A stretch of DNA of 63,821 bases, filler included, from Octopus bimaculoides (GCF_001194135.2; 7 parts of 7 records of this genome joined end to end with filler, not necessarily neighbours in it); one strand, 5' to 3'; positions 13,440-25,399 are shown, counted from the whole stretch's first letter. Notes: generated by a model from the letters alone, not told the origin. Translations and numbers: made by a program.

Positions 13440-14460
13440 ATTTCAAATTTACAGAAGACAAAAGTGGAAGACAGGTGTAGGAAAACAAGTAGATTTAACG
13501 CTCGGGAAAATGGAAACGTCTTTTACGTTTCTGCCCTACGCTCTTCGACAGAAAGAATTAAAAGGACAATAATTGAGAGAGAATAAAAAAAAAACGAAAA
13601 CAGAGAGAGAAAAACTGTGCACAGTTCAACGGTCCAACATGGCGAGATGACTGGGAAAAAATGAGGTTGAATGAAAATTCGATTTAGAGCTTGAACTAAC
13701 AACTCATTTCAAGATTGAGTATTTTTTCCTTAATTTTCAGACGTACTACAATATGTCCTTAAGTAACCAATATGACCTTCAGTTCCGAAGGAAACGGATC
13801 GTCTTTTCTAACAGATTGATCAAATGTGCTGCATCTCTCTCGTTGCCTCGTGGTACCAGTGTTTTATGCGACGATGTAGAGTCTCATTCGTTGGCTCAAT
13901 TCAGATGAATTGGTTATTACCTGTCTGCAAATTAACTTTGCTAGATATATCTTCATGTCATCTACAGTAACATATCTCAAAGTTGACATCTAGAAATTTT
14001 GGTAAGTTCTTGACAGGAGGAAAATGTTATAAACAATCAACTTGTTATCAATCATCACAATTCCGTGTGGGCTAACCACATCTTTACACATTATACCATT
14101 GCAATAAGAGACAAATAACAACATTTATGTGTTACGCCCGGTCTCCATATACAATAATTCACACATGAATGGCGTCCTAAATAACTTCTCATTGCATACT
14201 TTGAAAGATATAGCTCCGCTCCTCTATGTCTGTCGTAATTTTCTTAGTCATTAATACTGTCAATATGACTAACTGAAAAGTTGTTGTCTATATTCTGACA
14301 CACATTTTCGTAATTTTATTCACAATAAGAAATAAATCCAGAAACAGCTGTTGTCCCATGGATCTCGTATGACATTTATCGATACTCTTATGCAGATTCC
14401 TACTTCGGTAAATACACTTTCCTCTTGGTTATTTTGAACGTCTCCAACTATAATTTTAAT
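13440..14460 (-). mobile_element. possible decayed Penelope-like element end
   Basis: Hammerhead-like motif at 13519-13556 (-), of the type found in Penelope pLTRs; the upstream sequence is non-repetitive but heavily disrupted and has no clean GIY-YIG motif. Confidence 0.3.
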
Positions 14461-14469
14461 GTTAGTTTC

Positions 14470-14682
14470 AAATTTTGGCTCAAGGCTGACAATTTCGGGT
14501 GAAGGGTAAGCCGATTACATCGATCTCAGTGCTCACCTGGTACTTATTTTATAGATCCTGAAAAGGGAAGAAAAGCAAAGTGGATCTTGGCGGCATTTGA
14601 ACTAAGGACGTATAGCGATACGAAATGCCGTTGAACATGTTGTCTGTCGCACCACCGATTCTGCCAGTTCATTTTGATATTA
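14470..14682 (-). mobile_element. family A SINE, diverged
   Basis: CCGATTACATCGATCTCAGTG..CTGGTACTTATTTTAT..GCAAAGT..ATTTGAACT..GATTCTGCCAGTTC. Confidence 0.8.
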
Positions 14683-15014
14683 ATATTGTTGTTGTTATCC
14701 ACTTCTTTTCACACCAAAACGTCTTTGTATTTTCATCATATTTAGTTCATTGCACTATTCTTATTAACGTTCCTTTTTGTGTTTCTAACAAGAATCGAGA
14801 TACAATATGAAGAAACTGGTAGGAAGTCGTGGAGTAGAGAGTGCTTCTCATTGATGAGGCCACGAATGGCGACGAAATGACTTTGAGAAAGTTTGCTGAC
14901 TGATTGACCGAACAGTTAATCAGTGATATATACAATCGATTAGTCAATTGGTTAAATGCTAACGAATTGACAGGACGGTGAGGACTTAATATGGTATGAA
15001 TTTTGTAACTGCTT

Positions 15015-15638
15015 CTTGCAGATCTTGAAACACCCGTAACTCTCAGAACAACAGGTGGCTCGCTAACTTACCCAATGACATGTCCAGAGTCATGCAGACG
15101 AAATTTCCAACGAAAATCGTGGTCTTCGGTGTCATCAGCATTGAAGGTGATTCCATGCAGCCCCACTTCTTTCCTGATAGCCTAAGGCTGAACACCGATG
15201 GCTACACATGTGACTGCAACGCTCTGCATCCTGTCACACCATCCACAACATTCAGGCCTGGAAGTTGGAGAATTTCTTCGACCACACCTGAAATTTAGCT
15301 TCCCATCTCGCCTGACAAAACCGTTCGACTTCCTTGTGGTAGGAGGAGCAGTGGAACGAGAACTCAACATATTCTTTGGCAACATGACGAGCTGAGTACC
15401 AGGATAACCAGGCCCTTCAGGGACTTAAAACGTGGGATAGTAACGAAGGCCTGCGACCGGTTCCGAATCAGTCTGTAGGATTTCCTAGAGGCCAAAGATG
15501 GGTTCAATGAGTGAGATAGACAGAACTTGTCATGAAGACAAAACAGACTCTAATTTGACGAATATGTCTTAAAAAACAGACACAGTTTTATTTTTTCCCG
15601 AGTCAGTCATCATGCGAACGAATACCGTCTGTACTGTA
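15015..15638 (+). pseudogene. DD37D (maT-like) Tc1/mariner transposase relic, 3' part with right end
   Basis: Reads NSQNNRWLA..KFPTKIVVFGVISIEGDSMQPHFFP..LRLNTDGY, PFDFLVVGGAVERELN and KACDRFRISL*DFLEAKDGFNE*; homologous to the 32.6-33.6 kb copy; ends ..CTG followed by TA at 15637-15638; has deletions and frameshifts. Confidence 0.8.
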
Positions 15639-15821
15639 TGCTTTTATAACACACGCAAACACACACACGCATACACATACACGCACACACCCACACACTT
15701 ATATATATATGTAAGTTTTTATGCTTCTATATAACATATATTAGTGTGTATATACACATGAGTGTAATCCTATACGTATGTTCTCACGCATTTTATATAT
15801 ACATATACGCATACAAATATA

Positions 15822-15927
<106 letters not shown>

Positions 15928-16208
15928 TATATACACACATTAATACACACACACACACACACACACACAGACACACACATATATATATATACATATATAC
16001 ATACACATACATACACATATGTGCGTACTCGTAGTTTTAGATAGACACACACATATATGCATATGTGTATGTATATATATAAATATATATATGTATACAT
16101 ATACATACTCTGATATATATATGTATGTATATATACATGTTCATACATATATACATACATATATATATACATACAAACATACATATATACATATATATAC
16201 ATACATTC

Positions 16209-16315
<107 letters not shown>

Positions 16316-16909
16316 CATATATACATACATATATAGATGTGTGTATGTGTCTGTGTCTGTGTGTCTGTATGTGTGTGTCTGTATGTATATAGGCATGCAA
16401 ATACTAACAAAAAATATAAAAATAACGAAGCAATGAACGTTTTTAAATGTTTCAATAGAGCTTATCTCGTTATATTTTCCGGGAAGATATTTTTTAATTT
16501 AATTTTTTTTTTTTTACAATTGTGATGTTGCTGAATAACGAGGCGGACAAGAAAATAATAAAACATCACTAACTTTCATGTGAAACAAAGATAAAATATT
16601 AACAATAGTTAAAATAACAGGAATGCATCAATAAATACATAAATTCATTTTTTTTTTTGCTGCCATTCGTCCAAAGAATTTAAAAAACATCATTCGTGTG
16701 TGTATGTGTATATGTGCATAGAAAATATATTAAATAAATGGACTTCTGAAGCTGATGGTCATAAATGTAGACAGTTTTGCTTATGGATTGATGTAAAATT
16801 ATACACACCGTTTCTCATACGCAGTTTCGTCATTTTCTCTTTCAATCTCTGTCGCTACGCTTGTCGGTTTGTCGAACAGTCTGTTTCTTCCTGTAACCCT
16901 CTCTCTCAA

Positions 16910-17176
16910 GGCCAGCAATTTTAGGGAGTGTTGAAGTTGATCATATCGGCCCCAGTGTTCCACTGACCCTGGAAAGGATGAAAGACAAAGTCGAACTCGG
17001 CCGCATTTGAACTCAGAAGTTATAGACGGACGAAATGCCGCCCACCATTTTCATTTATTTATTGCCCACAAGTGGCTAAACATAGACGGGAGAAAGACAG
17101 ACGAAGGGATTAAGTCGATTACATCGACCCCAGTGCGTAAGTGGTACTTAATTTATCGACCACGAAAGTATGAAAC
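16910..17176 (-). mobile_element. two abutting family A SINE pieces
   Basis: Older copy at 16910-17045 plus alternative-tail copy at 17052-17176 (TATTGCCCACAAGTGGCTAAACATAG, the same tail as 7616-7845). Confidence 0.8.
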
Positions 17177-17182
17177 TCAGTA

Positions 17183-17632
17183 GACCTTGTGCTTGAGCAC
17201 AACAAACCGGACCTAGTGGTGGTGAACAAAATAAACCTCATATGTTCTATAATTGATGTTGCATGACCATTTCACCGACGGATAGTTAAGAAGGAAGGAA
17301 AGAAAGTAGACGAGTACAATCCTCTGAAATAAGTGATAGTACGAATGTGAAAGAAAAAGAAGGGTGAAGATTGTGCCAATCCATTTTGGGTCCTTGGGAC
17401 AGTGCCAATAGGTACTGAGGAGAGCATAAAGAATATGGGTGAGCGTCCGGTATAGCTGTTGAAAACATTTTCCTCCTGGGCACAGCCAGAATTATTAGGA
17501 AAGGATTAGTTGGTTAAAAGGAACAAATAGCATAGTACCGTAGGCCGTAGGTAGCAAGGCTGCTACTCATGCAGCATTGCAGGTGGTCCGATAAAATCGG
17601 AGTTAAAAGAATGATAATAATATATAGATGCA
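17183..17632 (+). pseudogene. R4/Dong-like non-LTR retrotransposon 3' end (restriction-like endonuclease), 5'-truncated
   Basis: Manual translation LEHNKPDLVVVNK..CSIIDVA*PF..KEGKKVDEYNPLK*..RVKIVPIHFGSLG..LLGTARIIRKGLVG* (stop at 17515-17517) fits the PD..D..K REL motif; 3' end has a short (AAT)n. Confidence 0.8.
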
Positions 17633-17633
17633 T

Positions 17634-17858
17634 GAAGGCGGCGAGCTGGCAGAGTCGTTAGCACGCCGGGCGAAATGCTTAGTGGTATTTTATCTGTCAT
17701 TACGTTCTGAGTTCAAATTCCACCGAGGTCGACTTTGCCTTTCATCCTTTTGGGGTTGATAAATTAAGTACTAGTTGCTTACTGAGGTCGATCTAATCGA
17801 CTGACCCCCCCCCCTCTTCCTCAAAATTTCGGGCCTTGTGCTTAGAGGAGAAAAGAAT
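17634..17858 (+). mobile_element. family A SINE, full-length
   Basis: GAAGGCGGCGAGCTGGCAGAGTCGTTAGC..GAGTTCAAATTCC..GAGGTCGACTTTGCCTTTCATCC..GGCCTTGTGC. Confidence 0.92.
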
Positions 17859-19346
17859 ATACAGTTGTCTGGTGCAGACCTACAGACTCATGAGTCTGGA
17901 GTGCCGTCGGATTATGAAAGTATTTTGGATGAAAATATAACTCATTCTCCTTGTCCTTGCAGCCAATCGTTGACAGCTTGAGTACAGGTTTTACTGATCC
18001 ACACTGGCAACTGAGTGTACTGGGAACACGTAAAATGAAATGCCTTCCTCAGTAAAACAACATACGAATCATTCGTGAATCGAACTTACATCTGGGTGAA
18101 TAATAAAGGAAAATATAAATTAGACATCAATAACGATATTGAATTAAATTTATTGGGTGCATTAAAAATAAAACAGAAAAAAAACACAAGAAATTAAAAA
18201 TCATTAAATAACAAATTCAGTTTCCTAGACTGTTTTGTAGGTATTAGAACATTTTCGAATGAACAGACGACGTATTTGAATAAAAAAAAAATTAATATAG
18301 CCCAATTATCTCTCCCTTGTGTTATTAAGATAGAGTGAGGAGATAATCAATGTAGATTAAATTTGAGAAAATATATTTTTTTAGAATTTATTGCAAAATC
18401 AGAAATTACCGTTGCAGAATAGTTAATAGTTTAAATAGGCGATAACAAAATAGGAAAAAAATGATTACTTAAATAATTTGGTAATGTAAAATGTTAAAAA
18501 AATTATAATGTAATGAAATTTGATATAATTGCCTCATAATACACACACTCACACACACATAATTTTGTATATATGTATGTATATATACAAAATAAATATA
18601 GATATAGATATTTTAGACTCGCATGCATATATATGTAAATAATATATATATAGCTCATACAACTTCAAAATAGGTATATCTTCTCATCGTAAACTATCAG
18701 AGATATTTATGTATGGAATGTAAATGCAGTAATGTGATACAATATAATGACAATAAACCTACATGAAAAAGTACAATATAAATAACATGCAAGGAAAAAA
18801 TAATGATGCGAGATCGAAATTTGACAATGTATAAAAAATAAATTAATATATGCGACTACAATAAATGAGGATTGTTGTTCTGCTGTGAGTGGCTTTGGAG
18901 GTATGCGTGAAATTTTTTGGCGTTTAGGAGAGTATTAAATACTAGGTTCATATTAAAATGAAAATTTTCAAGTTTAATTATTTCAAAGATTAACTTTGGA
19001 AATTTCATTACGATTTCTGTTATTTTTTTATTAATTGCAGACATTGCATTGTGGCCATGCTGGTGCACACCTCCAACGGTTTAACCGAGCAATGAATTTC
19101 AGGATCCTTTTTAAGTGCATGGTGTATGCTTTACCGGTTCTTTTGCCAAATCGCTAATTTACCGGGGTGTAACATTAAAACTCGCTGCCAAATACAAACA
19201 TAAGCGCACACACGTAGCTAGCACTTGTATGACGGACAAAAAGCTCAGTAGCAATACGTTCAGTTTTACGTTCTAAGTAAAAAAAAAAAAAAAAAAAAAA
19301 AANNNNNNNNNNNNNNNNNNNNNNNNNNNNNNNNNNNNNNNNNNNN

Positions 19347-19358
19347 TTAATTAATTAA
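19347..19358. other. artificial scaffold linker TTAATTAATTAA
   Basis: Flanked by exactly 44 N on each side; stops in all six frames. Confidence 0.97.
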
Positions 19359-19462
19359 NNNNNNNNNNNNNNNNNNNNNNNNNNNNNNNNNNNNNNNNNN
19401 NNTATATATATATATATGTGTGTGTAGACACACACACATATATGTATATATATGTATCGCTG

Positions 19463-19502
<40 letters not shown>

Positions 19503-19904
19503 TACACACATATGTACACATATGTGCATACGTGTATCAAAATATAACAATAAAGACTATTTTCACAATCTTACATAATTCAATTTTCTATTCAAATCCA
19601 CACACACACACGCACATACACACACCGCACGCAAGCACACATACACATACACACATATGTACACATACAAACATACATACACAGATACATACATACATAT
19701 TCCCACACATTCAAGGAGCGAAAAGTGGCCTATAGCTATGCATACTGTTTACAGTTATTAGTATTGTTTCTCGTTTGCAAGTTGTAAGAAGTGGCTTTAG
19801 TTTAAAATCAGCCATGTTTTCTGAAGATTATAGATTTAATGGATGCGAAATAAACAGGACTCTTATCCTTTAGAGATTGGTGCTTTCTCCCCTTCTTCCC
19901 CTTC

Positions 19905-20615
19905 CCACCACTTCCCGGAACTTTCTAGGGAGTCCTTCCTCCCTTTCTTCCCATTCCTTCCCCTCCACGGAAATTTACAGGACGTGCTTTAAATCCAACC
20001 TTCCCTTCCTCCCCTTCTCCTCTCCCCCCTCCTCCCCACCTCCCGTTCTCCCCTCCTCGGAACTTTCGAGGAAGTCCTTCATCCCACTCCTCGGAACTTT
20101 AAAGGAAATCCTTCGTCCCCTCCTCGGACCTTTCCAAGAAGACCTTCTCCGGTTCACCCCCTCGATAAGTTGTTCCTCGCCTTCCTCCCTTCCCCCTTCC
20201 CCTCCGCTCCCCTTCCGCTCCCCTTCCGCTCCCCTTCTCCCTCCTCGAAACTTTCAAGCAAGTCTTTCCTCCCCATCCTCCCCATCCTCCATTCCTTGGA
20301 ACTTTCCAGGAAGTCATTCACCCCCATTCTCGGAACTTTCCAAGAAATCCTTCCTCCCCTTCGTCTCCCTCCTCGGAATTTTCCAGGAACTCCTTCATCC
20401 ACTCTTCGGAGCTTTGAAGGTAGTCCTTCATCCCATCCTCGGAATTTTCCAGGATGTCCTTCCTGCCCTTCCTCCCCTCCTTGTTAATTTCCAGGAATTC
20501 CTTCATCCCCTGCTCGGACCTTTCCAGGAAGTCCTTCCACCCCTTCGTTCCATCCTCGGAAGTTTCCAGGAAATCCTTCATCCTCCTCCTCCTTGGAAAG
20601 TTCCAGGAAGCCTTT
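19905..20615. repeat. 33-bp degenerate minisatellite in a polypyrimidine tract
   Basis: About 13 units of consensus CTCCTCGGAACTTTCCAGGAAGTCCTTCATCCC separated by CT-rich spacers. Confidence 0.9.
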
Positions 20616-21147
20616 CTTCCCTTTCTCCTCTTCCTGATCCTCCTCAGACTTTCCCTCCCCATACTCTCCTTGCTCCTATTCCACCTCTGCCCACAAACCC
20701 GCGTCCTGAAACCAAGAGCCGTGCATATGATACGCTCATTCTCTCATTCGTGCACACACAAAATACATGCATATTATAAGAGAACGTTTCTTGACGAGAG
20801 TTGGGAGAAGATCAGTCCGTCTCATGATAAAAATTATGTTATCGTCGATGACTCTATAAAATTGTGAAGATACGTAGTGAAATATTAAAATCTGTCTGTA
20901 TTCAGCTGCTGTTATTCTGAGAGAAACACCTGAGAGATATTTGTAAATCAAGCGACAATGAGACAACGATTCATAAGTAATGTATGGGAATAACGACTTT
21001 AGAAAGCACAACAAATTTACGACCCAGGGTAAGGTTGAAGGAGATTCTACTTTAAAAAATAAATCTCGACGGAAGACTAATAAAATCAAAATATGTTAAG
21101 ATTCGGAGTGAAAACTACTGAAAAATTACTGTTTTCCACTCTCGGCT

Positions 21148-21290
21148 CAAGGCCCGAAATTTTTGGGGAGTGGGGGATGCAGTCAAAGGGGGCGGGGCGG
21201 CAACTGGTACTTAATTTATCGACCCCGAATGGATGAAAAGCAAAGTCGACCTCGGTGGAATTTGAACTCAGAACGTAAAACTACTGAAAA
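21148..21290 (-). mobile_element. family A SINE, partial
   Basis: CTGGTACTTAATTTATCGACCCCGAA..GCAAAGTCGACCTCGG..GAATTTGAACTCAGAACG. Confidence 0.85.
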
Positions 21291-21573
21291 AATATGACAA
21301 CAAACCAGCACAAGACACAAGTTTGCTTGTAATTCTTTAAATCCACAATTGTATACCAGGAGAAGAGGGAAAACAACTAGATTCATTCACACCATTTTCC
21401 GTTGACATAAAGATAGAGTTTCGCCTACAGAAATGTTCATATTTAACAACTGAACATGGAAAAATCTGTCCACCCAACCCCAAATCTTTGCACCAGTGAC
21501 CTTTTTGTCCTCTGTTTTTTTCAAAACGAATGCTACAAATACATTGATATTAATGAAAGGAAGAGAGAAGCAG

Positions 21574-21892
21574 TACTCCGTCGGTTCCGACGACGAGGGT
21601 CCCAGCTGATACGATCATCGGAACAGCTTGCTCGTGAGATTAATGTGCAAATGGCTGAGCACTCCACAGACACGCGTACCCCTTTTTACATATTTCTCAC
21701 GGAGATTCAGTGTGACACAGAGTGTAACCAGGCTGGCCCCTTGAAATACGAGGACTATTCATTTTTGCCAGCTGAGTGGGCTGGAGCACCGTGAAAGAAA
21801 GTGTCTTGCTCAAGGACACAACGGGCCGCCGAGAATCGAACTCGCGACCCTACGATCTCGAGACGAATGCCCTAACCACTGAGTCTCGCACC
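21574..21892 (-). mobile_element. chimeric SINE: family E-like head/CORE plus family B tail
   Basis: 21765-21892 aligns with 8985-9137; 21574-21745 aligns with the tail of 27182-27567 and 59586-59963. Confidence 0.85.
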
Positions 21893-22394
21893 AATGAAAA
21901 TACATCATGAAAGGTTCTGTAAACAAAGATGAAGTAATCAAAGAATATTATACTAGACAAAAGCAAAACAAAACAAAAACAAAAACAACATGGTAGCCAG
22001 AGCTTTTATTCATACAACGCAAAATCCTGCAATGCATTTGGAGTTAATACCAAAACATAAGCGAATATCAATATTTGGTCATCAACTGATACAAGCATTT
22101 GGGATACGCGACTGGTTTATTGAGGAAATATGCTGCTCCATAAGTAATCAGACCAGCAAGATTCCGATATCTGCAAACTTCTACAGAAACTGTGATATTG
22201 AGAAATAAGAAAAGAAGATAAAAGACATTTAAAATCAACTCAGACAGCCTTTGAATATCGTTTGATATTAACCCATTCAAGCCGATCGTCCGTTTAAACT
22301 GACATTTAATTTATAAAGATATAAAAGAAATACTTGATACAAATTGTAATTTGTGTATGATCTGTATCAAAGAATGAAACATGATCTTACCGCG

Positions 22395-23550
22395 TATGCC
22401 GTCTGTATAAAACGGATTTAAATGAATTTTTTTCAGTTGTTATTTAGCTTAAAATAATTTCAGGTCATCCCATAAGTTCTGTCCGAAATCTGAATAAAGA
22501 AAACAAGTGATCAAATGTTATATTTAATTGAAATTTAATCATCAATGTATCTTCCCTGATTATCTATGACTTCCTTCCATCTATTTGCAAGCTATTTAAT
22601 CCCATCAATGTAAAACTCTTTTGGTTTCAAAGCGAAGAACTCTGAAATGTCAGTTTCGACCTTCTCCTGACTTGTACCCCAAATGATTCTGTAAACTACG
22701 AAACAAATGGTAGTCTGAAGGAGCAAGGTCGGGAGAAAAAGGTGGATGAGGAATTTTTTCCCAGCCAAGCTCTTCGATCTTCTGTAATGTGATCTTTGCA
22801 GTGTGGGGTCGCGCATTGTCCTGATGAAACAGCACTCCTTTTAGATTCAATAAAGCGGGTCTTTTCTCTTCAAAGCTTGGTTCAAACGCTCTAATTGCTG
22901 ACAGTAGACTTGAACATTGATTGTTGCATTAGGTGGTAACAATTCAAAGTGAATTACTCCTTTGCAATCCCACCAGANNNNNNNNNNNNNNNNNNNNNNN
23001 NNNNNNNNNNNNNNNNNNNNNNNNNNNNNNNNNNNNNNNNNNNNNNNNNNNNNNNNNNNNNNNNNNNNNNNNNNNNNNNNNNNNNNNNNNNNNNNNNNNN
23101 NNNNNNNNNNNNNNNNNNNNNNNNNNNNNNNNNNNNNNNNNNNNNNNNNNNNNNNNNNNNNNNNNNNNNNNNNNNNNNNNNNNNNNNNNNNNNNNNNNNN
23201 NNNNNNNNNNNNNNNNNNNNNNNNNNNNNNNNNNNNNNNNNNNNNNNNNNNNNNNNNNNNNNNNNNNNNNNNNNNNNNNNNNNNNNNNNNNNTCCATTTT
23301 TCGTCACCAGTCACAAGTCTACCCAAAACGGGTGAAATGAGTTCACGAGAATAGAGAGAAGAGCAGATGTCAACTCAAGATTTGCGGTTGCTTTCGAACA
23401 ATTCATGAGGCACCCATTTTTCAAGTTTAGGAACCTTTCCAAGTTTTTGAAGATGACGATGAATAGTTTTATGGTTTGAATTAAGCTTTATTGACAATTC
23501 TTCAACTGATAATGCAGGATTTTCTTCAAGTAATGCCTCAAGGAGCTTTC
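22395..23550 (-). pseudogene. mariner DD34D transposase relic
   Basis: WVPHEL, TGDEKW, WWDCKGV, HQDNARPH and SPDLAPSDYHLF motifs; I count 34 residues between the second and third D; frameshifts, an internal gap, 5' end lost at (TA)n 23551-23588; candidate terminal repeat near 22395-22420. Confidence 0.93.
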
Positions 23551-23552
23551 TA

Positions 23553-23592
<40 letters not shown>

Positions 23593-23657
23593 TTACTTGG
23601 AAAAGGATGCGTGGCATTCGATCATATAATAATATAAATAATATATAAATATATGCG

Positions 23658-23698
23658 AGAACAAGACAGTGAGAACAAGACTCTCACTGTCCTGTTCT
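23658..23698. repeat. 17-bp inverted repeat with 7-nt loop
   Basis: AGAACAAGACAGTGAGA / TCTCACTGTCCTGTTCT (1 mismatch). Confidence 0.9.
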
Positions 23699-24048
23699 TG
23701 TTAACACTTTCACCCTCCGCAAAAAATCAGAAATTTTATTTAATTTGCTTTACGGAAAGGACTGTTCCAACGAAGTCGCGTATTGTCCTTGCCTTCGAAA
23801 CGCGGAGTAGATGAAACAGGGACAACTGACGAAGGTATATACTCTTTACGTTGCTTGTCTCGTTTCTCTGTTTGTTTTTATCGTTGTTCGAAAAAAGTTC
23901 GTTTTCTATGTTTTCGCTTTTATGTTTTCGTTTCTCATTGTGTTTAACGTTTTTTTGATGTCCTGTACCCATACATGCATGTATGTTTACATATAGATGT
24001 AGGTATGTACGTATATGTATGGATATATGCATACATTTATATATTATG

Positions 24049-24087
<39 letters not shown>

Positions 24088-24131
24088 NNNNNNNNNNNNN
24101 NNNNNNNNNNNNNNNNNNNNNNNNNNNNNNN

Positions 24132-24143
24132 TTAATTAATTAA
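24132..24143. other. artificial scaffold linker
   Basis: 44N-TTAATTAATTAA-44N. Confidence 0.97.
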
Positions 24144-24797
24144 NNNNNNNNNNNNNNNNNNNNNNNNNNNNNNNNNNNNNNNNNNNNTATATAAATATAT
24201 ATATAAACATAGGGAATAACTTAACTTTTACACATACAGCGAACGTTCATCCAAATTTCTTTCCATTTGTATATCTTAATATTAATATTATCAATATTAA
24301 TATATGAGTTTGCAAATATATTTTGCTTCTATATCCTTTACTCTGTATGAGATTGCATTATTATCATGGAGCTGCAGGATACTGTAAGACATATTAATAC
24401 AAATATTAAAAAACCTATCTCATTTTCTGCTTGCTTCTCTCTGTCTCTCTCACACCCACTCTCTCTCTCTCTTTCTCTCCTTCTCATCGTGTGTGTTGTG
24501 GGCATATATTTGTGTGTATATATTTATATATATATATATATATATATACACATACGTGTACGTATGTATGTATGTATGTATACGCATATTTATATAAGCA
24601 CACATTACTATGTATGCTTTTATTATTGTATTTGGTTATGTGGATAAGGAGCTCACTTTTGCAAACACAGAGCTTCGGGTCCAGTCTCAGAGCGAGGCAA
24701 TCTGGACAAGTATCATCCACTACAGCCCGGGCCGGGTAGATGGTGGCTGTACGAACGTCTGTTGTATATATGTTTGTATATGTGTGCGTGTGTGCGT

Positions 24798-24859
<62 letters not shown>

Positions 24860-24892
24860 ATAACTTGCTAGGTGTATGTATATGTACATATA

Positions 24893-25375
24893 TAGCTGAG
24901 TGGCAGCTTGAGCAAGTGATTCTACCATAGCTTCGGACTGATCAAAGCCTTGTGAGTGGATTTGTTAAATGGAAACTGAAAGAAGCCTGTCGTATATACT
25001 TCTATATATCTATGTGTATGTGTTTGTGCCCGACCACCGCTTGACAACTGGTATTGGTGTGTTTAGATCCCTGTAAGTTAACGCTTCGGCAAAAGAGACC
25101 GATAAAATAAGTACTAGGCTTCAAGATTAAGGCCTGGAATCGATTTGTTCGACTACAACCTTTCAAGGTGGTACTCCAACTTAGCTGCAGACAAAGGACT
25201 GAAACAAGTAAAAGGATATAAAATAATCAAAGAATATACACACACANNNNNNNNNNATATATACATATATATAGGAGCAGGAGTGGCTGTGCGGTCAGAA
25301 GCTTGCTTCCCAGCCCCCTATAGTTCCGGGTTCAGTCCCTCTGCATGGAACATTGGGCATGTACCTTCTACTATG
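24893..25375 (+). mobile_element. family C SINE: one variant copy and one 5' fragment
   Basis: CAAAGCCTTGTGAGTGGATTTG..AACTGAAAGAAGCC..GCTTGACAAC..GACTGAAACAAGTAAAAG; second head ATAGGAGCAGGAGTGGCTGTG at 25271. Confidence 0.8.
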
Positions 25376-25399
25376 ACCTATATATATATATATATATAT

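Noticed and set aside
17883-17898. Perfect 16-bp palindrome CAGACTCATGAGTCTG
   Set aside because: Isolated; probably belongs to a decayed repeat tail
19905-20615. CRISPR-like array
   Set aside because: Eukaryotic context, degenerate units, low-complexity or absent spacers, no cas genes
19877-20779. 300-aa plus-strand ORF with PLLGxFQExLH repeats
   Set aside because: The repeat units switch frame along the array; a polypyrimidine tract lacks stops by composition
21440-21530. MEKSVHPTPNLCTSDLF resembling mariner HPPYSPDLAPSDF
   Set aside because: Too short and too degenerate
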